64,000 nt of DNA from a virus. Made by a program: the position numbers and the translations under genes. Position 1 is the first letter of the stretch; every line of letters starts with the position of its first letter. Of this stretch, positions 49,185 through 57,673 are shown piece by piece. Where the stretch lies: positions 10,012-74,011 of IMG/VR virus record IMGVR_UViG_3300005747_000263; one strand, 5' to 3'. The notes below the pieces were generated by a model. That model was given only the letters and a program-made list of their open reading frames with translations, made no database searches and had not been told where the DNA came from.

Positions 49185-49478
49185 TTACACCAGTTTATTT
49201 AGCATTGCATTCACAACTGGTTCGTACTCGATGTACTTGCCGAAGTCGTGGATGAATACGTTATCGATACCGCTCTCCTTGATGTGGTCTTCTAGGAAGC
49301 GTGGTTCCCCATTCCAGTCAATGTTATGACTGCTTAGTTTGTTTTGGGGGTCGTCCACCGCTTTAATACCAATGTCGTAGTGGTACGATACTTTCTTTCC
49401 TTTACGGATTCCTACGGTTAATCGTAAGTTGCTTTTAATGTGTCCGAACTGTTCCATGTATTTATTTTGATTTACCAT
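49185..49478 (-). CDS. hypothetical protein
   Basis: 97 aa, GGAG RBS. Confidence 0.55.
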   Translation of the reverse strand: MVNQNKYMEQFGHIKSNLRLTVGIRKGKKVSYHYDIGIKAVDDPQNKLSSHNIDWNGEPRFLEDHIKESGIDNVFIHDFGKYIEYEPVVNAMLNKLV

Positions 49479-49604
49479 TATAATCTCTCCTCTACGATGT
49501 CGATGACATCCTTAATTGCGTCATTGTAACCCAGTACATATAATGGGTCGCCTAATGAACTATGTTCTCTCTTCATTGAATGTAGAAACTTGATAATACT
49601 TTGC

Positions 49605-50178
49605 TTATTCATCGATTAACTCCAATACTAAATTGTATACATCCCTAAAGTTGTATACTCTATGCAAGTTTGCGCCCAGTTCTAAGTCTACATTGTATGG
49701 CTGATGATAAATCGCTAATCTGCGTCCATCGTTATTCCAGTCAGTCATTCTGTATGCTTGCGGACTGTCGTCGATTAATAAATCAAACCAGTGGTCGCGC
49801 TTATCCTCAATAGAGTTAGTACAAATAATTGGTAATTCTAAACCAAATTCACTCAACCAGTAATGAATATTTTCTTGCATCCATTCCGGGTTACTAGTTA
49901 AAATGAATAACTCGTGACCCTCCTCGATGAGTTTATTAATCCATACCCAACAATTACTATCCATTGGGGATGCATACTTAATTGCTTTGCGACGGAAAAT
50001 GTTAAAGAGCAATTCTTTTTCCCATGGTTCAACGTTCCATTTATCTTCAAGTGACCAATCTGTTAAGTCACTAATCTTAGGGATGGGACGCTTCTCGGGG
50101 AATAATCCGGCATATAAATTATGCCATACTTGTAGTGAATCGCATAGGGTGTTATCGAAAGTCAATTGCAATTTTCAT
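49605..50178 (-). CDS. 5'(3')-deoxyribonucleotidase (HAD), split by a +1 frame change after codon 7
   Basis: ATG at 50178 gives MKIAIDF then CGA TAA; the +1 frame continues DNTL...FILTS...LLIDDSP...QPYN. Confidence 0.75.
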
Positions 50179-50550
50179 GCAGAATCCTCCTGAGAACACT
50201 TCCATTCTCCATTAATAATGGCACATTCTACGAATAGTAAGTTTGCCTTACACATTGGGCACCATTTACTCATTGTTCTTTACTCCATTTACTCATGCAC
50301 TTATACGAACACATGTGATATCGGTCCGACATACCCATACCAATATATTCAGGGGTAATGGTGTACAATGCTGAATCGAAATACTTCTTACATCCATCGC
50401 ATTGATACTTCTTCGTCACACTACCCTCGCTAGCAGTACCGTCGCAGCAATAAGGGCTGCAATAGTACGAACCACTTCCATGTATAGGCGCGGTTTACTT
50501 TGTTTATTGAACGACATGTTCATGTTTACTACGTTATGTTCTTCAGTCAT

Positions 50551-50742
50551 TTATAATCTCTCCGCATATTTAAGTAATTCTTCCTCGATTTGATTATCGG
50601 TAAGAAGTGTAAGTAAGACATCGAACTCTCCCATGTAATCCAAGTTGCGAGCCTTTTGTCCTAAACCGAACGCAATGAGTTTACCGAAACTTAAGTCGGG
50701 CCTCTTGCGTTGAATGCTGGCAATGGTGTTAAGAAGAGTCAT
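50551..50742 (-). CDS. hypothetical protein
   Basis: 63 aa; PDLSFGKLI motif. Confidence 0.55.
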   Translation of the reverse strand: MTLLNTIASIQRKRPDLSFGKLIAFGLGQKARNLDYMGEFDVLLTLLTDNQIEEELLKYAERL

Positions 50743-50977
50743 TTGGGATTCCTCCCGAAATTCTAACTACTATATTATTATTACTTGGAACTTGTCTCTC
50801 TAAATACCAAATAGCTTTCCTGATATCTTCCTCGAAGTTACCCTTGTGTTCTGCTCTTGCAATATACTTTAATGCATTACCAAGGCAGAAGTTAAGATTC
50901 CAATCTTCGATTACATCGATGACTTCAAACTTGCCCGTATTATAGTGAGCCGGGTGGTTAACGTTTTCTTCACTCAT
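50729..50977 (-). CDS. DUF3310-like protein
   Basis: VNHPAHY, EVID, GNALKY..RA..K, EDIRKA.WYL. Confidence 0.85.
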   Translation of the reverse strand: MSEENVNHPAHYNTGKFEVIDVIEDWNLNFCLGNALKYIARAEHKGNFEEDIRKAIWYLERQVPSNNNIVVRISGGIPNDSS

Positions 50978-51549
50978 TGCACCACTTCTAACTCAGGACT
51001 TGATTCCAAGATGTGAGTAAGAATCTCCATCGCAACAATAGCTTGATGCTTAGCATCGTCCAAGCCATTGTGATGCGTTCCTTCACGAGTAATACTCTTC
51101 TCGATAGATGGGTACAAGTTCTTCAGTGTACGGTAGCACCGTTCCTGATAGAATCTCCATGGTGTAGGAGTATTCGTACCGGTTGCGGCACTAACTAATT
51201 TATATGAATGATTTAGGATAGCACAATCGAATGTCGGAGCATTACCCCATACATGCTTGATGCCTTTACCCAGACAGAACTTTCTAAACTCAAGCATTGC
51301 ATCGGTAAAGTCTTCTTTACCTTTCAATTCTTCTTGCGCTTCCGTAGACTGATTTATCCACCACAATACCGTATCGGCACCAACAGTTGCTCCGGCGGCT
51401 TGAGCCGACCGAGGATTGATTCGCACATGGAATTCATCCGTAACACCGTCTTTCAGGTTGAATACGACAGCACCAATTGCAGTAACTACTGCGGTGCTAA
51501 CATTATCCATAGTTTCAATATCAATCATTAAATGATTATCGTTATACAT
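50974..51549 (-). CDS. DEDDh 3'-5' exonuclease (DUF5051-like)
   Basis: MIDIET, WGNAPTFD..IL, HNGLDDA. Confidence 0.85.
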   Translation of the reverse strand: MYNDNHLMIDIETMDNVSTAVVTAIGAVVFNLKDGVTDEFHVRINPRSAQAAGATVGADTVLWWINQSTEAQEELKGKEDFTDAMLEFRKFCLGKGIKHVWGNAPTFDCAILNHSYKLVSAATGTNTPTPWRFYQERCYRTLKNLYPSIEKSITREGTHHNGLDDAKHQAIVAMEILTHILESSPELEVVQ

Positions 51550-51828
51550 TTTTATTCCTCACTCTTAATATGTTCTATCACCATAAATACACCTTTTACA
51601 AGTCTTCATTTCCCGAGATTTTCGAGAGTGTTCTAAATCGAAGTGGGGAATAGGCTTCTTACATTCGACGCAAATAATTTCAGCCACGGTAATCCATTGC
51701 CTCCTGTACGAAGTGTCTGAGCATTTCACAATTATTCATAATTGCGTCAACATCTTCTTCTCGAATTTGAGGTATACACGCCATCATGTGGATTCGCGTT
51801 TCAATATCTTTGATAAATTGTTCTGGGT

Positions 51829-52209
51829 TCATACTATAACCTCGTGAAATTCCTTACCATACTTACTTAGGCTCTCTTTGTATTTAGAATGTTCTTCCTC
51901 ATTCGTAGACAGAATGATTGCATTAGTACATTCGTGTACAACTTTAGCCCTCATGGCGTCATGTTTTCGGTCGCCCCACAAAGACTCAATGGGCCAGTAA
52001 GGAATAGTTCTTAAACTATTCTTATTACAATAGTTAATGACAGTAACCATCTGTACGTCTTTATTGAACATCACTGTTCGGGTTTTAGAAAAAGGGGGAA
52101 GAGAAAAAACAGTAGTCAAGGATGGGATAATCTTTAAACTGTTAATCGTAGGACTAATAACCAGGAGTGTCTTCAAATTCATACCCCAAGTATTGTCGTA
52201 GCTCCTCAT
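51829..52209 (-). CDS. hypothetical protein (start uncertain)
   Basis: 126-aa ORF overlapping the upstream gene; contains a terminator-like tract. Confidence 0.5.
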   Translation of the reverse strand: MRSYDNTWGMNLKTLLVISPTINSLKIIPSLTTVFSLPPFSKTRTVMFNKDVQMVTVINYCNKNSLRTIPYWPIESLWGDRKHDAMRAKVVHECTNAIILSTNEEEHSKYKESLSKYGKEFHEVIV

Positions 52210-52360
52210 AAATTTTCATGATTACGCTACCAATAACTTCAATTTCGAATTGGTCCTTAGATTCCGCTTTCAAAACGATATCCTTCTTGTCAAGAATCAT
52301 TTCAAGGCGCGGCAGTGTTCTAGATTGATTTTCAGATTTGTGGTAAATAATTGTACTCAT
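52154..52360 (-). CDS. hypothetical protein
   Basis: 68 aa directly after PolB. Confidence 0.55.
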   Translation of the reverse strand: MSTIIYHKSENQSRTLPRLEMILDKKDIVLKAESKDQFEIEVIGSVIMKIYEELRQYLGYEFEDTPGY

Positions 52361-52361
52361 T

Positions 52362-54767
52362 TTAAAATAGTCCCCATTTTTCGAGACTATCCTGGTTAGG
52401 ATTCCTAGTCATGTAAATGAATTCATTATCACTAATCACTTCGCACAGATTCATTCTTTCCAATGCATCCATAACGATACCAAGATAATACTTTTTGTCA
52501 AGATTCTTAAGTGCAGATTCGCTGGGAATATCGTACCCGTCAAACGTTTTAATGTAATCCAGAGTCATTCCCGACTTTAACTTTGCACCCGTCTTGTCGC
52601 TAACCATTCTAGCAACACTCGGAACGAGTGAGTTAGGGTTGGCGTACTTATGTAATGGTTGACCAATACGAACGGTCATAATGTAATCTTCTACATCGTA
52701 CCCTTCGAGGTCAATCATTTCCCTCGCTACTTGTCTGGCGGCATCCTCGCCTTCTTTAAGGAACACTGGTGCCACCCTATCAATAATCTTGTTAAAAATA
52801 GAAGTGTACTTGGTTCCCTTAAAGGCGCCACCTTTCTTTACTAACGCACCATCTTCGTTAAAGAAGAGGTATGTTTTAGGTTGCTTAAAGAACGCATTCC
52901 CGAGTTCTTCGCGCTCCCATTTAATCATTGGTTTTGCCTTCAATACTTCCGGCATCCATACTTCAAAGTGAGCATTTAGTTCGGCCAATGGTTTCGCCAA
53001 ATGCGGCTCATACTTCATGGAATCCGTATCAACGAATAGTACAATATCTTCTCCCATGAACTTCATGCCTTCCGTCAGCACCATGCGTCCACTTAATGCA
53101 GTCATTACTGCCACACCAAGTTCTCCGAATGGTGAAAACTTCTCACCGCCCAATCCATAAGCACTGTTCAATACAACTTTGAGTGCATACGCAATGCCGA
53201 ATAATGCAAGACTATGTTCAACTTTAGCTCGGTGTTTAACTTCCAAGCGTTCAACTAAGTACTCTTCAATTTTATCGGCAACAGGTGAACGACCAACAAC
53301 TTCAATAACCCAAGTCCATTTACGAACATCGTCGGGCATATAATAAGTTTTAGTGTCGCCGTTAACTTCAACTTTGAATTCTTGTGCAGGTCGGCCACCT
53401 TTATAAACAATACTTTTCTCACCTTTATTATTCACTCGGTCAACGAATTCAACATCAACGAATGGAATAGTATCGACGATTTGAGTATTGTCAGGACCAA
53501 TGCCCAGTGCCGCCATTAAAGTTGGATACAATGACCCAACGTCGTCTTCAATTGCGGCCTCGTATCGACCCGGCTTAAAGCAATCACTAATGGCACCCTG
53601 GAAGGGGCCACGGTTTTTACGCTCATTAGTTCTCAAGTCGAAGTATTCAGTCCCTTCAAGGTCTGCATAGTAATTCTCGTAACGAGTAATATTATTACTG
53701 TCGGCAATAATGTTATTCGATTCAAGAATACCAGCAAGAAGAATCTTAAACGCATACGTTGTACTGAGCGGAACAACACGATGGAGCGGAGCCCCAACGA
53801 AGTTAGCCACCGAAACACTGTTAGCAATGTAATGGTTGAATAACTTCCACGTTAATGTAACGTCACTGTTATTGTATGCCTTTAGTTTCTCAGGTTCTTC
53901 CAGAAGCCATGCAGTGCCCTTACGAGCGATATCTTCCTCTACAATGAGGTCTATCCCCAAGTCGTCTTTAAAATGCTCTGAGACGGCCTTTAAACCGCGC
54001 TTCTGACCATTTAATGACTGGTCGGTGAGAGTGTAATGGAACACATCGAACATGATGCGCCCATCAACACTACACCCTTGCAAGTCCATGGGGCCAATCT
54101 GTTTATCGTAATAGAATGGCTCTCGACTTAAATCCTTAGACCAAATCTCAGCGGGGACACCGAACTCATCGAACTTATAATCCATTACTTTATTATCGTA
54201 CTGGATATGATTAAAGCCCACAATGATTTTGGGGTCCCTGTTGTAAATTTCACTCGCGAAATTTTTAACCACGAACGCTTCATCCTTATCGACAACATTG
54301 TTGTGTTGAACGTCTTCATCATTAAATGCATGACTGACACTGATAACAGGATTACTAGCCGGAGGGAACCCGTCCCATGGCTCTGTATACTGTTCAATAT
54401 CATAAGTCAAGATTGTAGTATCTCTTGATGGATACTGTTTAAAGAAATCTGGACAATTCATTACAACCATATCAATGAAGTTAAGTAACGGTTGAGTCCA
54501 CTTATCAGGATTACCCGATTTGAATTCATCCATTTCTTGTAACGTATTAAACTCCACTCTGTAAATAACAGAGTGTTTACGAGTACTTAATAGTTTACCA
54601 AGAAACTGTGTATATACTTGTCCTTCAAGGATAGACTTGTCTGTAACGAATAAGTATGGTTTAATGGGAGCTTCGACTAAGTAGTCTTCTTGTTCCGTAT
54701 AGATTTTCAGAAATTGTTTCCCGTCCTTAGTGACTGGTTTTGCTTGAATTGGAACGTCGAAATCCAT
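52362..54767 (-). CDS. polB: family B DNA polymerase with proofreading domain
   Basis: ExoI YDIE, ExoII GFN...YD, ExoIII YN..D; motif A DVGSLYP, motif B KVVLNSAYG, motif C VDTDS. Confidence 0.96.
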   Translation of the reverse strand: MDFDVPIQAKPVTKDGKQFLKIYTEQEDYLVEAPIKPYLFVTDKSILEGQVYTQFLGKLLSTRKHSVIYRVEFNTLQEMDEFKSGNPDKWTQPLLNFIDMVVMNCPDFFKQYPSRDTTILTYDIEQYTEPWDGFPPASNPVISVSHAFNDEDVQHNNVVDKDEAFVVKNFASEIYNRDPKIIVGFNHIQYDNKVMDYKFDEFGVPAEIWSKDLSREPFYYDKQIGPMDLQGCSVDGRIMFDVFHYTLTDQSLNGQKRGLKAVSEHFKDDLGIDLIVEEDIARKGTAWLLEEPEKLKAYNNSDVTLTWKLFNHYIANSVSVANFVGAPLHRVVPLSTTYAFKILLAGILESNNIIADSNNITRYENYYADLEGTEYFDLRTNERKNRGPFQGAISDCFKPGRYEAAIEDDVGSLYPTLMAALGIGPDNTQIVDTIPFVDVEFVDRVNNKGEKSIVYKGGRPAQEFKVEVNGDTKTYYMPDDVRKWTWVIEVVGRSPVADKIEEYLVERLEVKHRAKVEHSLALFGIAYALKVVLNSAYGLGGEKFSPFGELGVAVMTALSGRMVLTEGMKFMGEDIVLFVDTDSMKYEPHLAKPLAELNAHFEVWMPEVLKAKPMIKWEREELGNAFFKQPKTYLFFNEDGALVKKGGAFKGTKYTSIFNKIIDRVAPVFLKEGEDAARQVAREMIDLEGYDVEDYIMTVRIGQPLHKYANPNSLVPSVARMVSDKTGAKLKSGMTLDYIKTFDGYDIPSESALKNLDKKYYLGIVMDALERMNLCEVISDNEFIYMTRNPNQDSLEKWGLF

Positions 54768-55048
54768 TAACTTAACTCCCTATAATCGATGTACTTAACA
54801 CCTTTTCTACTATTACATGGTCTGCAAAGCACTTGTAAGTTGTCGAGACTGTCGTCTCCTCCAAGTACTAATGCTAAAATGTGGTCAACTGTTAAATCAT
54901 GCGTAGTGCCGCAAGATAAACAGAAAGTATAAAAAGAGAAAAGGGTAAGACGGTCTTGAGTTGAAACCCGAGACCTGAATCGATTATTACTTCGTCTCCA
55001 CTTAGTATTGAAAGGGAAACGAATTACGGTGCATACCCGGCAATGCAG
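54767..55048 (-). CDS. HNH endonuclease domain with no in-frame ATG/GTG/TTG (not in ORF track)
   Basis: Hand translation FCLSCG...LTVDHILAL..GG.DSLDNLQVLCRPCNSRKG; stop overlaps the polB ATG (TAATG). Confidence 0.75.
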   Translation of the reverse strand: MHCRVCTVIRFPFNTKWRRSNNRFRSRVSTQDRLTLFSFYTFCLSCGTTHDLTVDHILALVLGGDDSLDNLQVLCRPCNSRKGVKYIDYRELS

Positions 55049-55295
55049 TTAAGCGTAGACGGGTACCATCTTCGTTGCGGTCGATTTGATAACCTTCGCT
55101 ACGAAGTTCAGCGAGACGGGCACGGTAATTACCCATTCTGTCGGCAAATTGATTCGCGTTAACCCATTCGCCAGACATCAAACGAGAAAGCATAAACTGC
55201 TTACTAGTCAATACGGTGCGACGGCGGCTACCATCGGGGGTTCTCGGGTAAGTCGTAATGTGACTTTGCGGGTGTGTAATAATTGTTCTACTCAT
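55002..55295 (-). CDS. winged HTH protein
   Basis: RLMSGEWV.A..F......RARLAELRSEGY.I pattern. Confidence 0.7.
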   Translation of the reverse strand: MSRTIITHPQSHITTYPRTPDGSRRRTVLTSKQFMLSRLMSGEWVNANQFADRMGNYRARLAELRSEGYQIDRNEDGTRLRLTALPGMHRNSFPFQY

Positions 55296-55642
55296 TTAGT
55301 TTCCTCCAGTTTTTCCTTGAAATAATCTTCCAAAGCTTCACTCAGCTTTGGCATATTATTCTTGATTCGTTTAATGTGGTCCGCCAAGGACTTAAGATTG
55401 GAATCCATAATGTCAATGTTATCCCATACCTTAAGGAAGAACTCTGCAATTACAGAGGGGTCTTCTTGGTCAGTGATTGCTTTATTCATTACACCTAGAT
55501 GCGTTTCAATCGCATACAAGGCTTGAACTCCTTCATCTACAGATTCCTGCAGGACCATTGTTAGTGCTCCCGTTTTATTTCTAACGGTATCCACTACGTC
55601 AACTTTATTTTCTGTCATGTTATTTCCTCTCTTAGAAATCAT
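55292..55642 (-). CDS. coiled-coil hypothetical protein
   Basis: Helical ORF in operon; start may be MTENK. Confidence 0.55.
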   Translation of the reverse strand: MISKRGNNMTENKVDVVDTVRNKTGALTMVLQESVDEGVQALYAIETHLGVMNKAITDQEDPSVIAEFFLKVWDNIDIMDSNLKSLADHIKRIKNNMPKLSEALEDYFKEKLEETK

Positions 55643-56558
55643 CCATTGTTAAATCCAACTCTTTAAGTTTGTCGGAGTAACACTTACCAAAGTAATCGCA
55701 GGTCTTAAGCTTTTTAGTGTTGGCATCTTGCCACACACACGGGAATTTAAAGATGCCTTCATCCTTATTCATCTTATCAAGCTTAGGGTCGCCAATCTCA
55801 TTCAAAGCGGTGTTACGCTTATAAAGCGTCAACGGGACATCGTTAATGTCAACAACTTCGAAATCATCCGTAATAGTAGTGGCACGGGGAATATATGATT
55901 CATCCTCCCGAACTTTCATTACTTCCGATTCAACTTCCGCCAAGTAATTAATAATGAAGTCATAGAACTCTTGACTGAAATCAATCTTGTAAATCATGAT
56001 TTCACTACTGTTCTTATTGGCGTAACACATTAGTCCCCAATCAACATTCATCTTCTTAAGATAGATAGTCAACTGAGCAACGTGGTATAGTTTCGGTTTA
56101 CTAGATGCGCCAGCAAACTTCATTGGACCATACTCTTTATCTTCCCATTGATTACTATTCATAGTCTTCAATTCAACGGGACGCATCAATTGTTCCTTAT
56201 CCAATTCAGGGGGCAACTTAACAATAATGTCAACGCGCCCATTAATGGGGTACTTCAGTCGTTCATCCTTCAGTGTGAAGGATTCTTCTTCCCCAAGGAA
56301 TGCTTGAACACCCTTGAATCGTTTAACAATTACTTCTTCAAAGGCGTGACCAATAGCGAAAGTGAAATCATCATTAAGGGATGGATTCCATTCGCTACCA
56401 ATTGTAAAGTCCCAAGCTTGTTTGCGAATACAATTCGTTAAACCGCTGGGCCAGTGGGCCGCTTTCTGATAAGGTGTATCATCGATGATGGACCTTGGTC
56501 GTTTTTCTGCCGTTCGTAGAAACTCTACTACCGGGTCAAATTTAGTATATTCAAACAT
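55632..56558 (-). CDS. Cas4-like PD-(D/E)XK exonuclease
   Basis: PS.L..C.RK, GH..E, GRVD, ELKT, QL..Y and three C-terminal Cys. Confidence 0.85.
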   Translation of the reverse strand: MFEYTKFDPVVEFLRTAEKRPRSIIDDTPYQKAAHWPSGLTNCIRKQAWDFTIGSEWNPSLNDDFTFAIGHAFEEVIVKRFKGVQAFLGEEESFTLKDERLKYPINGRVDIIVKLPPELDKEQLMRPVELKTMNSNQWEDKEYGPMKFAGASSKPKLYHVAQLTIYLKKMNVDWGLMCYANKNSSEIMIYKIDFSQEFYDFIINYLAEVESEVMKVREDESYIPRATTITDDFEVVDINDVPLTLYKRNTALNEIGDPKLDKMNKDEGIFKFPCVWQDANTKKLKTCDYFGKCYSDKLKELDLTMDDF

Positions 56559-56916
56559 TTACAATATCTCCAACTGCTGAACTAGTCCAATGCATAATAC
56601 TGAACACGTATTGAATATCATTTGGCATGTCTGCCGCAACATACCCCAGTAAAGCAAATTCTTTACCAAGATATTGAGCGGGTATATACTCTACGATTTC
56701 GTAGGGTTCATCTTCTATAATAATAAAGTTAGCCACATCAGTCATGAGGTTAATACCGTCAACTAGGATAGTGTCTTTAATGTTACGAATATGAAGCGAA
56801 CCTGTCAAATCATATGTTATATTATCATACTCATTAATGCCTTCTTGCATGTAATGTTCTAGTAAACGACTCACTTCCAATAGGCTACCATTGTATTTAA
56901 ATTTATTTTGAGTCAT
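56551..56916 (-). CDS. hypothetical protein
   Basis: 121 aa, coupled overlaps. Confidence 0.55.
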   Translation of the reverse strand: MTQNKFKYNGSLLEVSRLLEHYMQEGINEYDNITYDLTGSLHIRNIKDTILVDGINLMTDVANFIIIEDEPYEIVEYIPAQYLGKEFALLGYVAADMPNDIQYVFSIMHWTSSAVGDIVNV

Positions 56917-57314
56917 TCTTTTACCTCCGATAAATCAACTCTGTGATTATCGTCTTTTATTAACTTCCAATCTTCTTCCCAGTAATAGATTTGAAAGTAC
57001 ATTTTACCTCGGCCTCCGAACCACAACCAGTACTCGGGGGAATCATAATTCTCATCCCAAGGTACAACGGAGTACTTCTTAACTACTTCTCCTTTCTTAT
57101 TCGTGGATTTCACTTGAATCCAACGAGTTCGTTCGCCCTTCTTTTTAGCAATGATATCGACACAGTTAAATACGTCGTTATCACCACTACCAAAACTACC
57201 TTTACCGTAGTTTCGCATTGTCCTCTGGGTCTTATGGATAACGTATCCCTGTGCCTCTAATATTTTAGCGGCATAATTTTCTATCCGATTACCTTTGGCG
57301 GTAGTATTCACCAT
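56913..57314 (-). CDS. hjc: archaeal-type Holliday junction resolvase
   Basis: KG.R.E......LE..GY, VDIIA.K, IQVKS. Confidence 0.85.
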   Translation of the reverse strand: MVNTTAKGNRIENYAAKILEAQGYVIHKTQRTMRNYGKGSFGSGDNDVFNCVDIIAKKKGERTRWIQVKSTNKKGEVVKKYSVVPWDENYDSPEYWLWFGGRGKMYFQIYYWEEDWKLIKDDNHRVDLSEVKE

Positions 57315-57340
57315 ACTATACTATATGTCTCCCGGACTAC

Positions 57341-57673
57341 TTATACATACTGGTCGGAATGAGGGTCGCCGGTAACGTCAGGGGCAACAATCTTATTCGA
57401 CCTCATAAAGTTAACTAAATGAAGAACGTTACTCATGAGTTCATTCTGAGTGGCATCGGGCCCATGAGCTTCCACGGTACCAATGCCTCGTAGTTCAACT
57501 TTTAAGTAATTAACCGGCTTAGGCGATTGAGCACCGCTTACAATTTTAGCGAATTCTTCTGGAGTAAACTCCATGAATTCTTCTTCATCTTCACTAATGC
57601 TCTCTTCGTTGCTCCCATTAATTAGGAATTCTTCGTTACTAAGTTCGTCGTCCATTATTATGTCACCAACCAA
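57341..57673 (-). CDS. acidic hypothetical protein
   Basis: 110 aa, Glu-rich N-terminus. Confidence 0.5.
   Translation of the reverse strand: MVGDIIMDDELSNEEFLINGSNEESISEDEEEFMEFTPEEFAKIVSGAQSPKPVNYLKVELRGIGTVEAHGPDATQNELMSNVLHLVNFMRSNKIVAPDVTGDPHSDQYV

Noticed and set aside
49605-50171. TTG start given in the ORF track (MQLTFDNT)
   Set aside because: It would lack the first catalytic Asp of DxDxT; the RBS and ATGA coupling point to the ATG at 50178
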